From Folioceros fuciformis (Eukaryota): a stretch of DNA of 39,499 nucleotides. Below the pieces are notes generated by a model. That model saw only the letters and a program-made list of their open reading frames with translations, ran no database searches and was not told where the DNA came from. The position numbers and the translations under genes are program-made. Positions 23,358-35,039 of the stretch are shown here, in pieces (positions within the stretch are counted from its first letter, which is position 1; each line of letters opens with the position of its first letter). The stretch is from contig JBNGIO010006272.1 in NCBI GenBank assembly GCA_049999805.1, positions 374,975 through 414,473 of the forward strand, read 5' to 3'.

Positions 23358-26300
23358 TCAACTCGTACCGCCCCCATTTCCGTTTCTTGGAGTGACCAGC
23401 TCCCTAGGTTCTGTTGAAGGAGATTTATCATCGCCCAGAGGAAGTGTTCTCTTGGGACCATCCAAGGCAACGCCAAGAATCAACATATCATCCACGGATT
23501 GAGACCTTGGGATTGAAGAAACCACTGATGTCTGAATCCTCTGATCACTTGTTGAAGGCAACTCATCATCCAGCGGCAAAGTTCGTTTTGGCCCATCTAT
23601 GGCTACTCCAAGTAGGACATTTTCTTCCAAGGACTGGGGCATTTGCAGAGGAGGAACTCTCTCATCTGCAGCACTACCACTAGGAGCTCTGTGATTCGGG
23701 TGCATATATTCCTGCTTCTCTGGGACGCCTGAGGAAGGACCTTGCGGCCTCCATACATCATCACTTGCAGCATTTTCCAATCCGGCTAGTGAGTCTGTCT
23801 TTCCCTTCAATGATATCGGATCACTTGGTACTGGCGATAACGTATCAGCCCCCGCTTCTTTCATATGTAGCTCAGCATCACTCAACTTCACCTCTGTCGC
23901 CAGCACTTCATTCCCCGGTTTAGGTAGAGTCTTATCTCCGGGAGGCCTCTTCACATTCTGCGTCGTCTGCTCCTGGATAGTCTCAGCTCCTTTACCTGTA
24001 GTAATCTCCGTCCTCGTGACAGACTGTTCACTGGAATTCTTAGTCCCACCCTTCTCAATTCCATTCTTCACTCTCAACTTTTCATTGGAAGCTTTAACTG
24101 TGACCTTGTCCCCTGATGAAATATCACCATACGAGCCTGAGTCAAGAGGCCCCTCAGGAATCTTAGCTGGAGGCTTCTCAAATGCAGCTCCAAGAAGAGT
24201 AATATCTCCAGCATTGAGACCCATAGAGTCTAGACCCTCCAGCTGCGCCTTTGGAGCTGATGACTGGAGAGGCGCCTCGACAGCCGCTGCGACAGCTGCA
24301 GGCGTGGAAATACCTTTCGTGTCTGAAACCACTGTGACTCTCTCTTTTACCTCTGGCCCCTTCACATCAACACTAGCAACTACTTTGTCTTTCAGATCCA
24401 CTTTAGAACTGGAATCCGCCTCTTCTACTCCCAAGGAAACCTTCTTAGGTGAGTTGGATCTGTCGACCCCATTTTCAACAGACTCAGCTTTCACTTTCAC
24501 AAGCTCCTTATCGTCATCAGCACTAGTGGCAGCCGCTTCAACTAGGAGAAAGGGCCGGTTAGTCTCACTCCGAGCTGTAACATCGCGGAAGGGAGAGTGT
24601 CGAGACTCATTCTCATCCATAAGTCGCTGCACAGATCGGATTGGAGTAGCAAGACGTGCATGATGGTGACTGATAACCTTCAGAAGATCCAATAGTATCA
24701 CCTCCTGCAAAATTTCATGTCTGATGAGGTAAAAAACTGCAATAATCTGAAAGACAAGCCAAAATCTCTCACCACAAGCAGATTTGGGGAAGGCTTTCAT
24801 TGAGTGATCACCTTCACCCGAAGATACTCCTCAAAATGGGGGGTCTTCACAAAGCAGGACACCAAAATCTGTCATTGCAAATGACGCTCAGGATCAGGAC
24901 CTGTCACAGCTTCCAGGGCAAAAGGTTGGGAAAAAAAGGGAGCACTAAGAGGAAAGTATATAGATTCAAACACCACCAACCAAGAGTGCTTGATTTTCAG
25001 GATCAATGTTGTCAAAAAATACTCTCCGATGCAACCTGTGTTGCTCAACACTGGGGTGTTTTGCTAAGACTTTGCGCATGTCAGCTACAATGTGCTGCGC
25101 CCAACAGGAACGAGACACGCATCATAAGAGGCCATAGCAATTCCTCACGAATAGGTCCCTTGCTCTAACAAATTCCTCACGACATAGAGCTGCAAGATTC
25201 AAGACACCACTGACCTTTATTTTGTTGACGTCCAGGTGGCTGATGCCAAAATGAGTTTTAATTCGCCAATGGCTTTTTTGAGTCAAATTACGAACAACAC
25301 TGACAGTGAACTTGTGATTCGGTATGTGCACCGCCTCCCGATCATCACCCCTGATAACTGTAGGAGACCACCATCCAACATGCTGCACGACATAGGCAAG
25401 TCAACCCACGTGCATCTGCCTCCCCACCCCGATAAAGTGAAGCAATTGCGTTCAGAGCCCCAGAGCCGAGCCGAAAAACAATTTTGGCACACAAAATAAT
25501 CATTAACACAACCGCTACAGACATGGTGCACACCTCTACGGTCCCAGAAACTTCTTGACCTTCTATTTTCGTCTGGATCCATTCACTCTCCACAAATGGT
25601 CGTGTGGCATGTATCATCACACTGGAAAGAAAATTTGTAAAAATCTGAACCGTACAACACCAGAAGTTAAAACGGCATACAATCTCTGCTTACCGCACTC
25701 ATCCCTGCCACTGCAAATCAATTACAGCAAAATTATCCTTTAAGACGGGGAAATGAAACCGACAATTAGCTTGCAGGGTTCAAGAGAGAAAAATACCTCT
25801 CGACCAGCAAGTGTCAAGAGGACGGTTCCAAAACCACCGGCAGTGATCCACTTCTGGGTGGAAAATCCAAGCAGCTCCATGAACAAGCAAACAGCTGCCA
25901 CCCAAACTGATGTATAAACAGTATTCCCTATGAATTGCACTCCAACCTGAAAAAGAAATTCAGAGGATCAAGTATGTCAAGCTTAAAACGTGAAATCGAG
26001 CCCCCAAATTCCAAGAACAAGAAACATAAAATGGCCAGAGGAATGAGGCGGCATGCACGTACATTCCTAGCTTCTTGAGAATCTTGACGCTCCATCATAA
26101 TCTTCTGAATCTGCTGTGTAAGGCTGCAGCGGACAAGAAAACCTAAACCTGTTACTACAGATGTGATCGAGAAGTAGAGATAGAGGAGGAGTCCTACTGT
26201 CTACTTCAAGCCATCCACATAACCCATCTGATATGAGGCATCTCGACAAGTACGTGCATGCAATCCTAAGTTAGGAAACAAGATTACCTTGCCGTACACA

Positions 26301-27527
26301 CTGCAAAAGCCAGAACAGTTGACAGCGATCTCACAAAATTTACAAAACGTTGCTTGATGGCATTACTGGCTTCGGTTGACAACACCAGGGGGTCAACGGC
26401 TCTGCCACACATCGAATTGTTAGAAATTGTGAACCCAGTCAAGGAATACATCTCATATGCTAGAAGGTCACAGGACAGCTCTCAAGCACAATACCTGCAG
26501 ATAACGATCACTCCGACCCACAGAAGGATGGGTCTGATGTAGGAGGCCATGAGGTACTGAGTAAGGCTGTTCTCCCAGCTTTTCTCGTTTTTCTGCAAAG
26601 CCAACAGACAAGACCGGCGTACAACCGTGAGCACGGGCTTCGACAAAGGCCTTCACACGTATAAGCGGAACATTGAACGGCTGCATGAGGACCAACCTGG
26701 AAAAACGTTTTGCGGAGCTGTCTCACAAAAGGTCCAAGCCCCCATACCGAGAAGGCGATCAAACCAACTGCTGGGACAGTTTGCACCACCGTGGGGTGTG
26801 CCTTCAGAATCAAAACAGTCCTGTCCACCAATAGCCAGAAAAGTGAGTATTCCAGGAACTTCACAACCACAGAAGAGGATGGAAGGGTCAGCTTCGTCCA
26901 GACTAGCATCCCCCTAAAATACAAAGCCCTCCTTACCTAGCCAGCACCACACTCAACGCCTTCCCCGCTACCAGAGACGCCTGCTTGGTGTGTTCCTTAA
27001 CTACCGGAAGGTCGAACCCCAACGACGCGGACGCACACGGAACAGGCGCCACATGGCATCCCGCAGCTGCTGGCTTCATTTCCAATCGCCGCCAGAGCTG
27101 GGTGCACCACGGGTCTTGAAGCAATGCCGGCGTCCGTACCTGCGTCATCACACCACATGGTAACGCCAAGCATCGCGAATTCAATTCAGAAACAACAACA
27201 ACAACATTCCACAACCCCAGAAAATCCCGCACAGAAGCGCGAGCAAAACAGCTTATACTCACCCGCCCTCCACAACCCAACGGGGCCGAGCCCGGCAGCT
27301 GCAACCCCAAACTCTGCCATTTTCTCCTCTGCACTCAACGGCACAAACTTCACTACTCAGGCACAAGATCAGCCAAGAACGCAGCATGAACAAAATCTGA
27401 CCCTCTTCCACACACGCACACATCAAACGGCGACTCTGCAACGTACACTAATCCCTGCGAACCGCTCCTGCTGCAGACTCCCCAGACCCCGCACCTGCCC
27501 TAGCTGCATAGAACCGAGTGCCGCCAT
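23358..27527 (-). CDS. MSL2: Plastid MscS-like mechanosensitive ion channel (MSL2/MSL3 clade); multi-exon envelope
   Basis: Start [11 protein letters not shown] at 27527 (first exons uncertain). Motifs [104 protein letters not shown] and C-terminal [19 protein letters not shown]. Stop at 23358. Confidence 0.92.
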
Positions 27528-28849
27528 GACAGACCACTAACCATACATCCCACCACTGTTCCGCCCAGTCACCCGCACTCGCCAATTGCCCCCTGCCCTC
27601 CGCGTCCAGCTGACCCCGCAGAAACCCACCAGCGCACTGCCTGCAAGCCGCGGGAAGAAAAAGCCCTAGATCCGACGCCCAATTCCCCAATTCCTCAACC
27701 CACGACGCTTGGCCACTATCCAGGGAGGCCGCGCGTGCATCCAGGCCATCACACTCGGGGAGGGAGAGTCCGAGCCCCAAGCCTCAGAGCCACCAAACCC
27801 CAGCCCCAGCCCCTGCACCTGCCGTTGCCCCTGCCCCAGCCCCAGCCCGGCACGCAGAATACGTCTATCACTTCAGCGGGCGCGTCGGGCAGAGGGCATC
27901 GGGGCGCACATGAAGCCCCTCCCTGTACAGCGCGCTTTATATCGCAAGCCTGGTTTATCCGACCGGAAGAGGAGGAGAAGAGCAGATGTCGAGTGGGCAG
28001 AGGGTGGTATATGCGTTCCACAACAGCTCGTCCGTCTTGCAATACAGCCAGAGTGTTAAGAGCAAGCCGCTAGCGGTTGCGGGTACGAAAGCCGAGGCGG
28101 ACTGGACGCGGCTACCACTGCACGTTCAGCGCAGTCCGTGTCGCCCAATAGGAAGCTCAACTGCAGCTACTGGACACCAGCCGGGCCACCCTTGTTTCCC
28201 TTCCCGGTGTGCCAATAATGGGCCTCTCACAGCCCTTCCCCACTTCCTTCCTTGCCTACAGACAAACACACGCCCCGGCTGTCCGATGCGCTTAACAACG
28301 GATACGCGTGTCCATCATGCCTCCTCCAATTGGAAATTTCTTGAATAAAATTCTTCTCTAAATCGGACCTCCCATCTACTACTCCCTTTACTTTACATCA
28401 CATATATAGAAGTATTTTGCATATTTACATAAACAAACCCTAGCTGAAGATAGCCTGATCCTGCCGCGGGGCCCGCCACCTCCATGGCATGGTGAGCCAT
28501 GCCCCTCCCCCTTCATCTCTCCTTTCTCCTATACCTACACAGTCCTCCCTTGAATACATACGGCCAGTCGTGTATCGACTTCGTCTCGCGAAACCGGGTT
28601 TGAGTTTTGCGCTAACACAGCGGTTTTGAGTTTTGAGCCTGCCTCAGCGGAAATGTTCGAGACGGACGATGAGCGGGAAGATGAGGATCAGGACGAGGTT
28701 GACGAGGATTCCTACTCTCCCAAGAGGCGAGGGCGGGGGAACAACGATTGTCGTGCCAGGTATGGTTGCTGTAATTTCTGGAGTCCGCGTGGGAGGATGT
28801 TTGGGAAATTGGGGAGAACACGTTCTCTTTCACAGACCTCTTGCATGGA

Positions 28850-29330
28850 GCGATGGTACCAAGTCTGAAGATCCATAAGCACACCCTAACTTGTAGACGA
28901 ACACACATTGTGAGACACAAGGCATCAGCTGGAGTGCCTCACCAAGATNNNNNNNNNNCACACATTGTGAGACACAAGGCATCAGCTGGAGTGCCTCACC
29001 AAGATTGAGTGAATCACACCTCGTGAGTTTGCAAGCTGTATCGTGCTTGGGAAATAGAGGTCCCTGAACAACAATTGCGTGCGTTCTTCTTACCGCTCAC
29101 CACAGAATAGCTTGTGGGAGCTTGAGATAGCTCTCCCATCCCCGTAATGAAATCTGGTACACGCATCTAAGGGATGAAAGCTGTCCGCATTTCCTTCTCC
29201 ACACTTGGCGTAGAGCTGTGTTTGTATTTGCTACATTTCCAATCCAGAGCAGTGACATCAAACAAACCAGGCGGCACACCCTGCACCACGAACGGGCAAT
29301 GTCTAACAATGTAACACATGTTTCTCGAAC
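28850..29330 (-). mobile_element. N-terminal fragment of a second MULE/SWIM-type transposase
   Basis: Minus-strand frame ...FDVTALDWK...TAFIP*MRVPDFITG... and later AYGSSD. These parallel AYILWERVSDF and CAYGSRSD in the element at 329-5327. Confidence 0.5.
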
Positions 29331-32300
29331 ACATGTTTCTCGTTAAGAATCAATCTTCTTGACTATGTATTTCAGTTTTGAAGACTATATATTAGGGTTT
29401 TGATTTAGGCTTCAGGGGTTAGCCCCTAGTGTCCTATCATGGTTTATTTCCGTGTCTAGCGATAAATTAGGCTTTTCATTTTGTTTTTCTAAAAATAAAA
29501 ATGGTTCAATGAATTTGTCATGGTATAAATCTTCTTAACCTATAATGTAGTAGAGCAAAAGTGTAATAGATTAGCGATGTTGATACAACTAATTTATAGT
29601 GTAATAATAAATTAATTGAGTATATTTGTAGACTCTTTTGATCTCTCGTAAAATGATTTAGCTCTTTAATATTAGTATTGTATATTTATTTAGTAAAATA
29701 ATCTTATCTCAAGTAACTTGAATTTATTTAGTGATAATGTGTGCAATTAATATTAATCATATGTCTATCCTTATTTGTTATGAAATAATTTAGCCCTTAT
29801 GGCTTCCATGTCTATTCCTTTTTGGTTAGGTCTTTCTAGCTTTCACATACTTATCTTGTTCTATGGTCATTTTTTTACATTAATAAAGATAAGTAATTTT
29901 TTATCATGATAAAAAAAATTTATCCTCCTTTTTTTATGTTTATTATATAGTAATAAAAAATTCCAATTTCTAATTAGCATTTTAGAAAACGTTTGAAAAT
30001 ACAATTTTCTAACTACTTGACAAGTAGTATGGAATATCGATACAGTCACATGTTTCTGTCATGGAAAGTTTTTTCCAGCCAAATGATGTCTTCATTTTCT
30101 TGACCTTACAAACTTGCCCGCATCGATAGTAGGCCGCCATGTAGGCTTCCCGATGGGGAGAAATATGCAACTCTCATATGATTTTGTTTCTGACACTTTA
30201 ATCAATCATAACTTTATCCTTTTTTATTGGGTTTAGGGTTGCACAAGATGAATATACCAAGTAGCATGATGAGCATGCGGACAAAGTATTTAGGGTTCCC
30301 AGTAAACCTTGCTGCATTTATTTCTCGGCACTCACATATGTGCCTATGAGCCTCGTGTCTTACAAACCAAAGCACATTATACTTAAGGGTAATCGGCTTC
30401 CTCTACATACGATTTATGTCATGAGAATAAAGTTGCCTTCAAAAGTATCTTTGGTAGAAGCCATAAGTATTCGGCTATAAGTCAAGACACATACATTGAA
30501 TCCACATTAGTGCGACATAGCTTATGTAAGAGGCTAGGACATGTGGGAGATTGTCAACTTTGTTGCTGAATATTGTACTAGTCATTATCATGAGCCTTTG
30601 TGCATGTAGTGTAAGAAGTCATAATGGAGAGGTGGCAGAATTTGTCGAGGCACACCAGAGGGGTACTAGAGCTCTATAAGTAAGGTTGCTACGGATATGC
30701 TCTCTTATTGATTGAGAAGTTCAATGTACAATAGTTGGAAGAAGCTATTCTGTGCAAGCCATATCAGGCACGTGAACAATGTCAACTACAACCATGATTA
30801 CTATGATATCCCCTCGAGGGCAATGACATTTAGTTTTGTCCGTTATTGGGCAAGGAGCATTGCGTTTACAAAGCTTTGAATCAATAGGTCCCAAGTTGTC
30901 TTAGGATATTACTAAACACCTCTTCAACTATGAGGGGCACACAGTGGTATCCATTTTTTGATATAGTGAGCAGACAATTAAACAACTCTTGTGCTTAGGG
31001 AAAAAAAGTATGCCCACAAATAGAACCTCTAGTACACCATGGAGTTCTCAGGAACCTTGCGACATATTGTGCATGCAATATTACAATGGTCTTTCCTCCA
31101 CAGGAAATGGAAACATCCAACTATAGTGACCTCAAAAGCTTGCACTCCTCCATACATATTGATCTACTGTTAATGGGTTGAAAGAGGTGATGAAAACAAA
31201 TGCCCCAAGTCCCTAGGGGTTGGTGACTAAACTGCAGCCCAACCCTTTGTTCTTTAGGGTTTGTAACACCATCTTTAAAGTTAGGACTTAGACACATACA
31301 GGAAAATCTAGCAAACACATGCATCAGGGAGTATTGTCCAGGAGGAGGAGGCACATGCATGGCGGGGGGATTGTCAGGGAGGAGGAGGCACATGCATCGC
31401 GGGAAGGTAGCGAGGGAGGAGGAGGAGGAGGCGTTCACGCATAAACCACTCTACGCCGGCAAGGTGTGGAGCAATTTATGCATGCCACACTCCTCCTCCT
31501 TCTCTCTAGTATGCGACCTCTAAAGATGTGGATGCGTAGGAGTTGATTTGGCGACATAAACTAGATGTTACAGGTTTCTCAAAATAGTGTTGCGTGCTAG
31601 GGGTCCTATGTTAAGAGGTATTTTCTTCCCTTTGAGCAAGAGTTGTGTGGATGTGGTGCTCAATATGTTGAACGACTGGATGCTTCTAAGAAGCCCTCAT
31701 GTCATTGTCACAAGTCTCATTCCCATCCTCCTCTACTCCCAAACTCTATTGCCAACCTTCTCGAAGCGTTGTGCACAAATGATGGAAATGATGGCTGGTA
31801 AAGTCTTGACATTTACCCTCTTTAGCAAAAAGGGGTTTGGCATTTCAACCTTCGTGTATGGAAGCTCGTGCAAGTTGAGAGACAATGAACAAGAAGGCAA
31901 AAGAAAGACAATGAACAAGAGGGCAAAAGACAGCTTCACAATTGAACACCAAATAAGCCACAACAACAACTAGGGTGCACTTACAGGTTCATAACAAATT
32001 GGACATAACTGCAGCTGCAACAATTAGGCAACAAGCACAATCTTCAACAAAACCATTAGAGACAAAAATCTTTGGTGCCATAAGGGTAGGCTTAGGCTCT
32101 ATAGCCAACCTTTTCAAAGAGTTGTGTGCAAATGACAGAAATAATGGCAAGCAAAGTCCAGACATTGACCGTCTTCATCAGAAAGGGGTTATGCATTCCA
32201 ACCTCCGTGTCTGACAACTACTGCAAGCCAAGAGACAGTGTAGCAAGAGGGTACAAGACAAGTTTACAAGTAAACACCGAACAAGCCACAACAGTAGCTA

Positions 32301-32938
32301 GGATTACACTTACAAGTTCACAACAAAATCAACGTTATTGAAGCTACAATGATTAGGCAACAAGGCAACCTATACCATCTTCCACAAAACCTCTAGAGAC
32401 TAGCATCTCTAACACGGTCTAACCCAGACAGGCGTATTCCGCCATTTTGGGCTTCGTGAGGTTTTGGTGCTGAAAACTCGTGTCGTATATTTGCATTTTT
32501 TGTGTTCTTGCCAGGAGAACCCGAAATGTGGCCTAAACGAGTGTTGAGTATAAACTTAATTATGAATTGTTTCCAAAGTACTAGCAAATTTGCGGGTGTC
32601 ATTGCAATCAAATACATGACAAAACCTTGTAATCTGGCGGGTATCACGTAATTCACGTGTTATCGGATTCCATGCAAAGTCATAGGTGCCTGAGCGATAC
32701 CTCATATCAGTTGACCCTATTCCTCAAAATTATTACCTATCAATATCTATTTGCATTTTTCAGAAATGGTGGCAAAACAGAACACCATTGACCCGGCGCG
32801 GAACAAGCGAGAGTGCACCAATAGACCGGCACACTCCCGCTTGGGGCACATGTATGTTAAGTCGAAAACGACCCTTGACTTGCGCTAAATACAATAATTA
32901 TCATACCACTTTGTACTTACCACTTTTATCTAAACGTC

Positions 32939-34147
32939 TTACAAGTTTTCATTATTTTCAGGTGGCAGTGTATCCTGGTCGCGATTGAGGACGTAGAGGT
33001 TTTTGCGAATTAGAATCCTCGTTCGGGAGGGTAGCTGTTTTTGGCATGTCAAGTCAAATCCATATGCTAGAATAAAAGTGTCTTCAATGAATAATGTATC
33101 TTTGTGCTTCCAAAGTCTTCTGCTTGATCTGCGTCTACGATCGCCATGTAACCCTCTTGGCGAAGCTTCATGTGGTAAAATCATCTCTTCTTGGTAACAA
33201 CCCTCAAAGGCATCTGAATATTTGGTAACCCACCAGTGCACTTTGACATATGGTTTCTCACATGTAATATCTGCCTCTAAGACTTTGGCAATCCAAAACG
33301 GCCTATTGTCTTCGTGGGCCTCGCAAGGGACTGCAATCATATGCCCTTTTTCTATTTCGGTTATATCCTCGTTCAAACTGTCACGGTCGTCATTGAGGTC
33401 CGTCTCCCTACAGTATGCCCCCACATACATGTTTCTTCTGGGAATCTCGCGGATGCATGGATTGTGAACAACCATTTCATCTGGTACAGTAACGGGTGTG
33501 TTCAATATTTCTATTGCCTCCTGATTATACCACCGCCCTTTCGAATCAAGTTCTCTATCTACAGCGGAGTTTATAGAATGCACGATAGCCTCTTGCTCTG
33601 CCCAAATCCCATCCCACCATAAGTTCTCGCCTAGTCCTAAGTGTTGTCGTAATCGCACCTTCAGTTTTGATCTGATTTGTGCCAAATGATATTCAACGAC
33701 ATTCTCCGGAAATGTCCTTCGTTTTTTGCTCCTGGATTGTAGATGTAAAAATGGAGCAGCTTTGATATCTGTGTTCGGAATATGCTTCAGAAACTCGATA
33801 CCCTCATCTGGCAACCAAAAATTGTCTGTACAATATTGCTTCCCGCGCATCACTATTATAAAGCCCTGTTCACCACAGCTCTCGCTTGTGATCTTGAACT
33901 AGTGTTGGAACAAAATATTGTGCAGTGGGTGAATAGCAGATACATTCTTATAACCGGCTTTTCCGTAAGGTACAGGCCACACAAATCGCCGAAAGTCTGG
34001 CACCTTCTTCACTTCATGCACAGCTGGCGTAGGTGTATAAGAACTCTGCATAACAGCGATGAGTGCAAGTAAAGTCAATGCTTCTTTCCTTCCCAGAGCC
34101 GTCGAAAACCGAGAGAACATCTGGTCCACCTAGTCATGCGTGTACCC
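32939..34147 (-). pseudogene. C-terminal half of a DUF7869-like putative DDE transposase, with a possible SH3-barrel (Tudor/PWWP/BAH-like) tail
   Basis: One frame with two TAG stops: GYTHD*VDQMFSRFS (cf. GHTHEDIDQxFS), TLLALIAVMQSSY, VPDFRRFV, then GHMIAVPCEAHEDNRPFWIAKV...VKVHWW. The 5' part is missing beyond 34147. Confidence 0.7.
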
Positions 34148-34165
34148 TAAACCCTAAACCCTAAA
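34145..34165 (+). repeat. Interstitial telomeric repeat (CCCTAAA)3
   Basis: Three exact Arabidopsis-type telomere units. Confidence 0.95.
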
Positions 34166-34313
34166 CTTTGGTCACAACCCCAACAGGGATGGACAACAAC
34201 CTGCACCACCCGCTGGTGAAGAGGCTACTCCCATTGCCTAGACTGCCGGAGGAAGAAAGGATAACTCAGGTGGGAACGAGAGAGCGTCCAATTCAAAAGC
34301 AAGCGAAGGAGCT

Positions 34314-34775
34314 ATGAACCACATTCCGATGACTGTGAATCACAGAGGCAGTACAGGAGGTAGTAAGAATTACAACATTTCGAATGCCTACAACTTTGTA
34401 GAGCGATTGAAACTGAAGAAGTTAGAAGGCACTCTGGCCAAAAGATTCAACACTGACAAGGAATGGTTTTCGATAGCTGAAGATGAGCCTGATGACTTGA
34501 ACTTGTCGTGGATTCCTCTTATTGCTCTGTGGGTGAATGGGTTTCAAGGCTTGGCCGAGGACGAAGCAGGAAGGGCAGGATGGATTCTTTGTGCGTTTCT
34601 GGACGGGGAAGATGACGAAACTCACTTGAATTTCATCCTCACCCGACACCCACCAAGCCACATTACGGATGACTACGACAATCACAGTTTAGTGGTTGTG
34701 AATGTTGCGAAAGCCATACCTCGTCGATGTGAACCACTGTGGATGAAAAACGCGCTAAGAGATTGTCTTTTTTGA
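34314..34775 (+). CDS. Transposon-internal ORF of unknown function (153 aa; probably 5'-truncated)
   Basis: Open frame with globular-looking composition. The same frame extends upstream through one TAG to about 34178, next to the telomeric junction. No family recognised. Confidence 0.45.
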   Translation: MNHIPMTVNHRGSTGGSKNYNISNAYNFVERLKLKKLEGTLAKRFNTDKEWFSIAEDEPDDLNLSWIPLIALWVNGFQGLAEDEAGRAGWILCAFLDGEDDETHLNFILTRHPPSHITDDYDNHSLVVVNVAKAIPRRCEPLWMKNALRDCLF

Positions 34776-35039
34776 AGGATGTAAGTGGTCTTATTAACCC
34801 TAAGTTAAAAATGTCATAACCGAGAATTATCCTAAACCCTAGCTTTTGTGGTTGGTTTTTCGCTAACTAGGGTGGAGAACAGTTTTGTCGACAGTATTGC
34901 AATGTGTAGGCGACGCGGTGCTGAACAATAGGGCTCTTGTCGCGCGGCTTGCGGGGGGGAGCGGCAGCGGAAGTCGGTGCAAGTAGAATTCGGAGTCCTT
35001 CATACTCGTGCAGTGGGATTCGTGGAAGACAAGCAGGAG

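Noticed and set aside
24016-24663. 215-aa plus-strand ORF
   Set aside because: Antisense shadow of the last MSL exon.
28900-29010. About 47-bp direct repeat around a 10-N gap (also 1165-1218)
   Set aside because: An exact duplication flanking a scaffold gap is most likely an unmerged contig overlap.
29400-32400. AT-rich block and short ORFs, with a diverged duplication (31748 vs 32101)
   Set aside because: No supportable gene or TE structure; probably decayed repeats.
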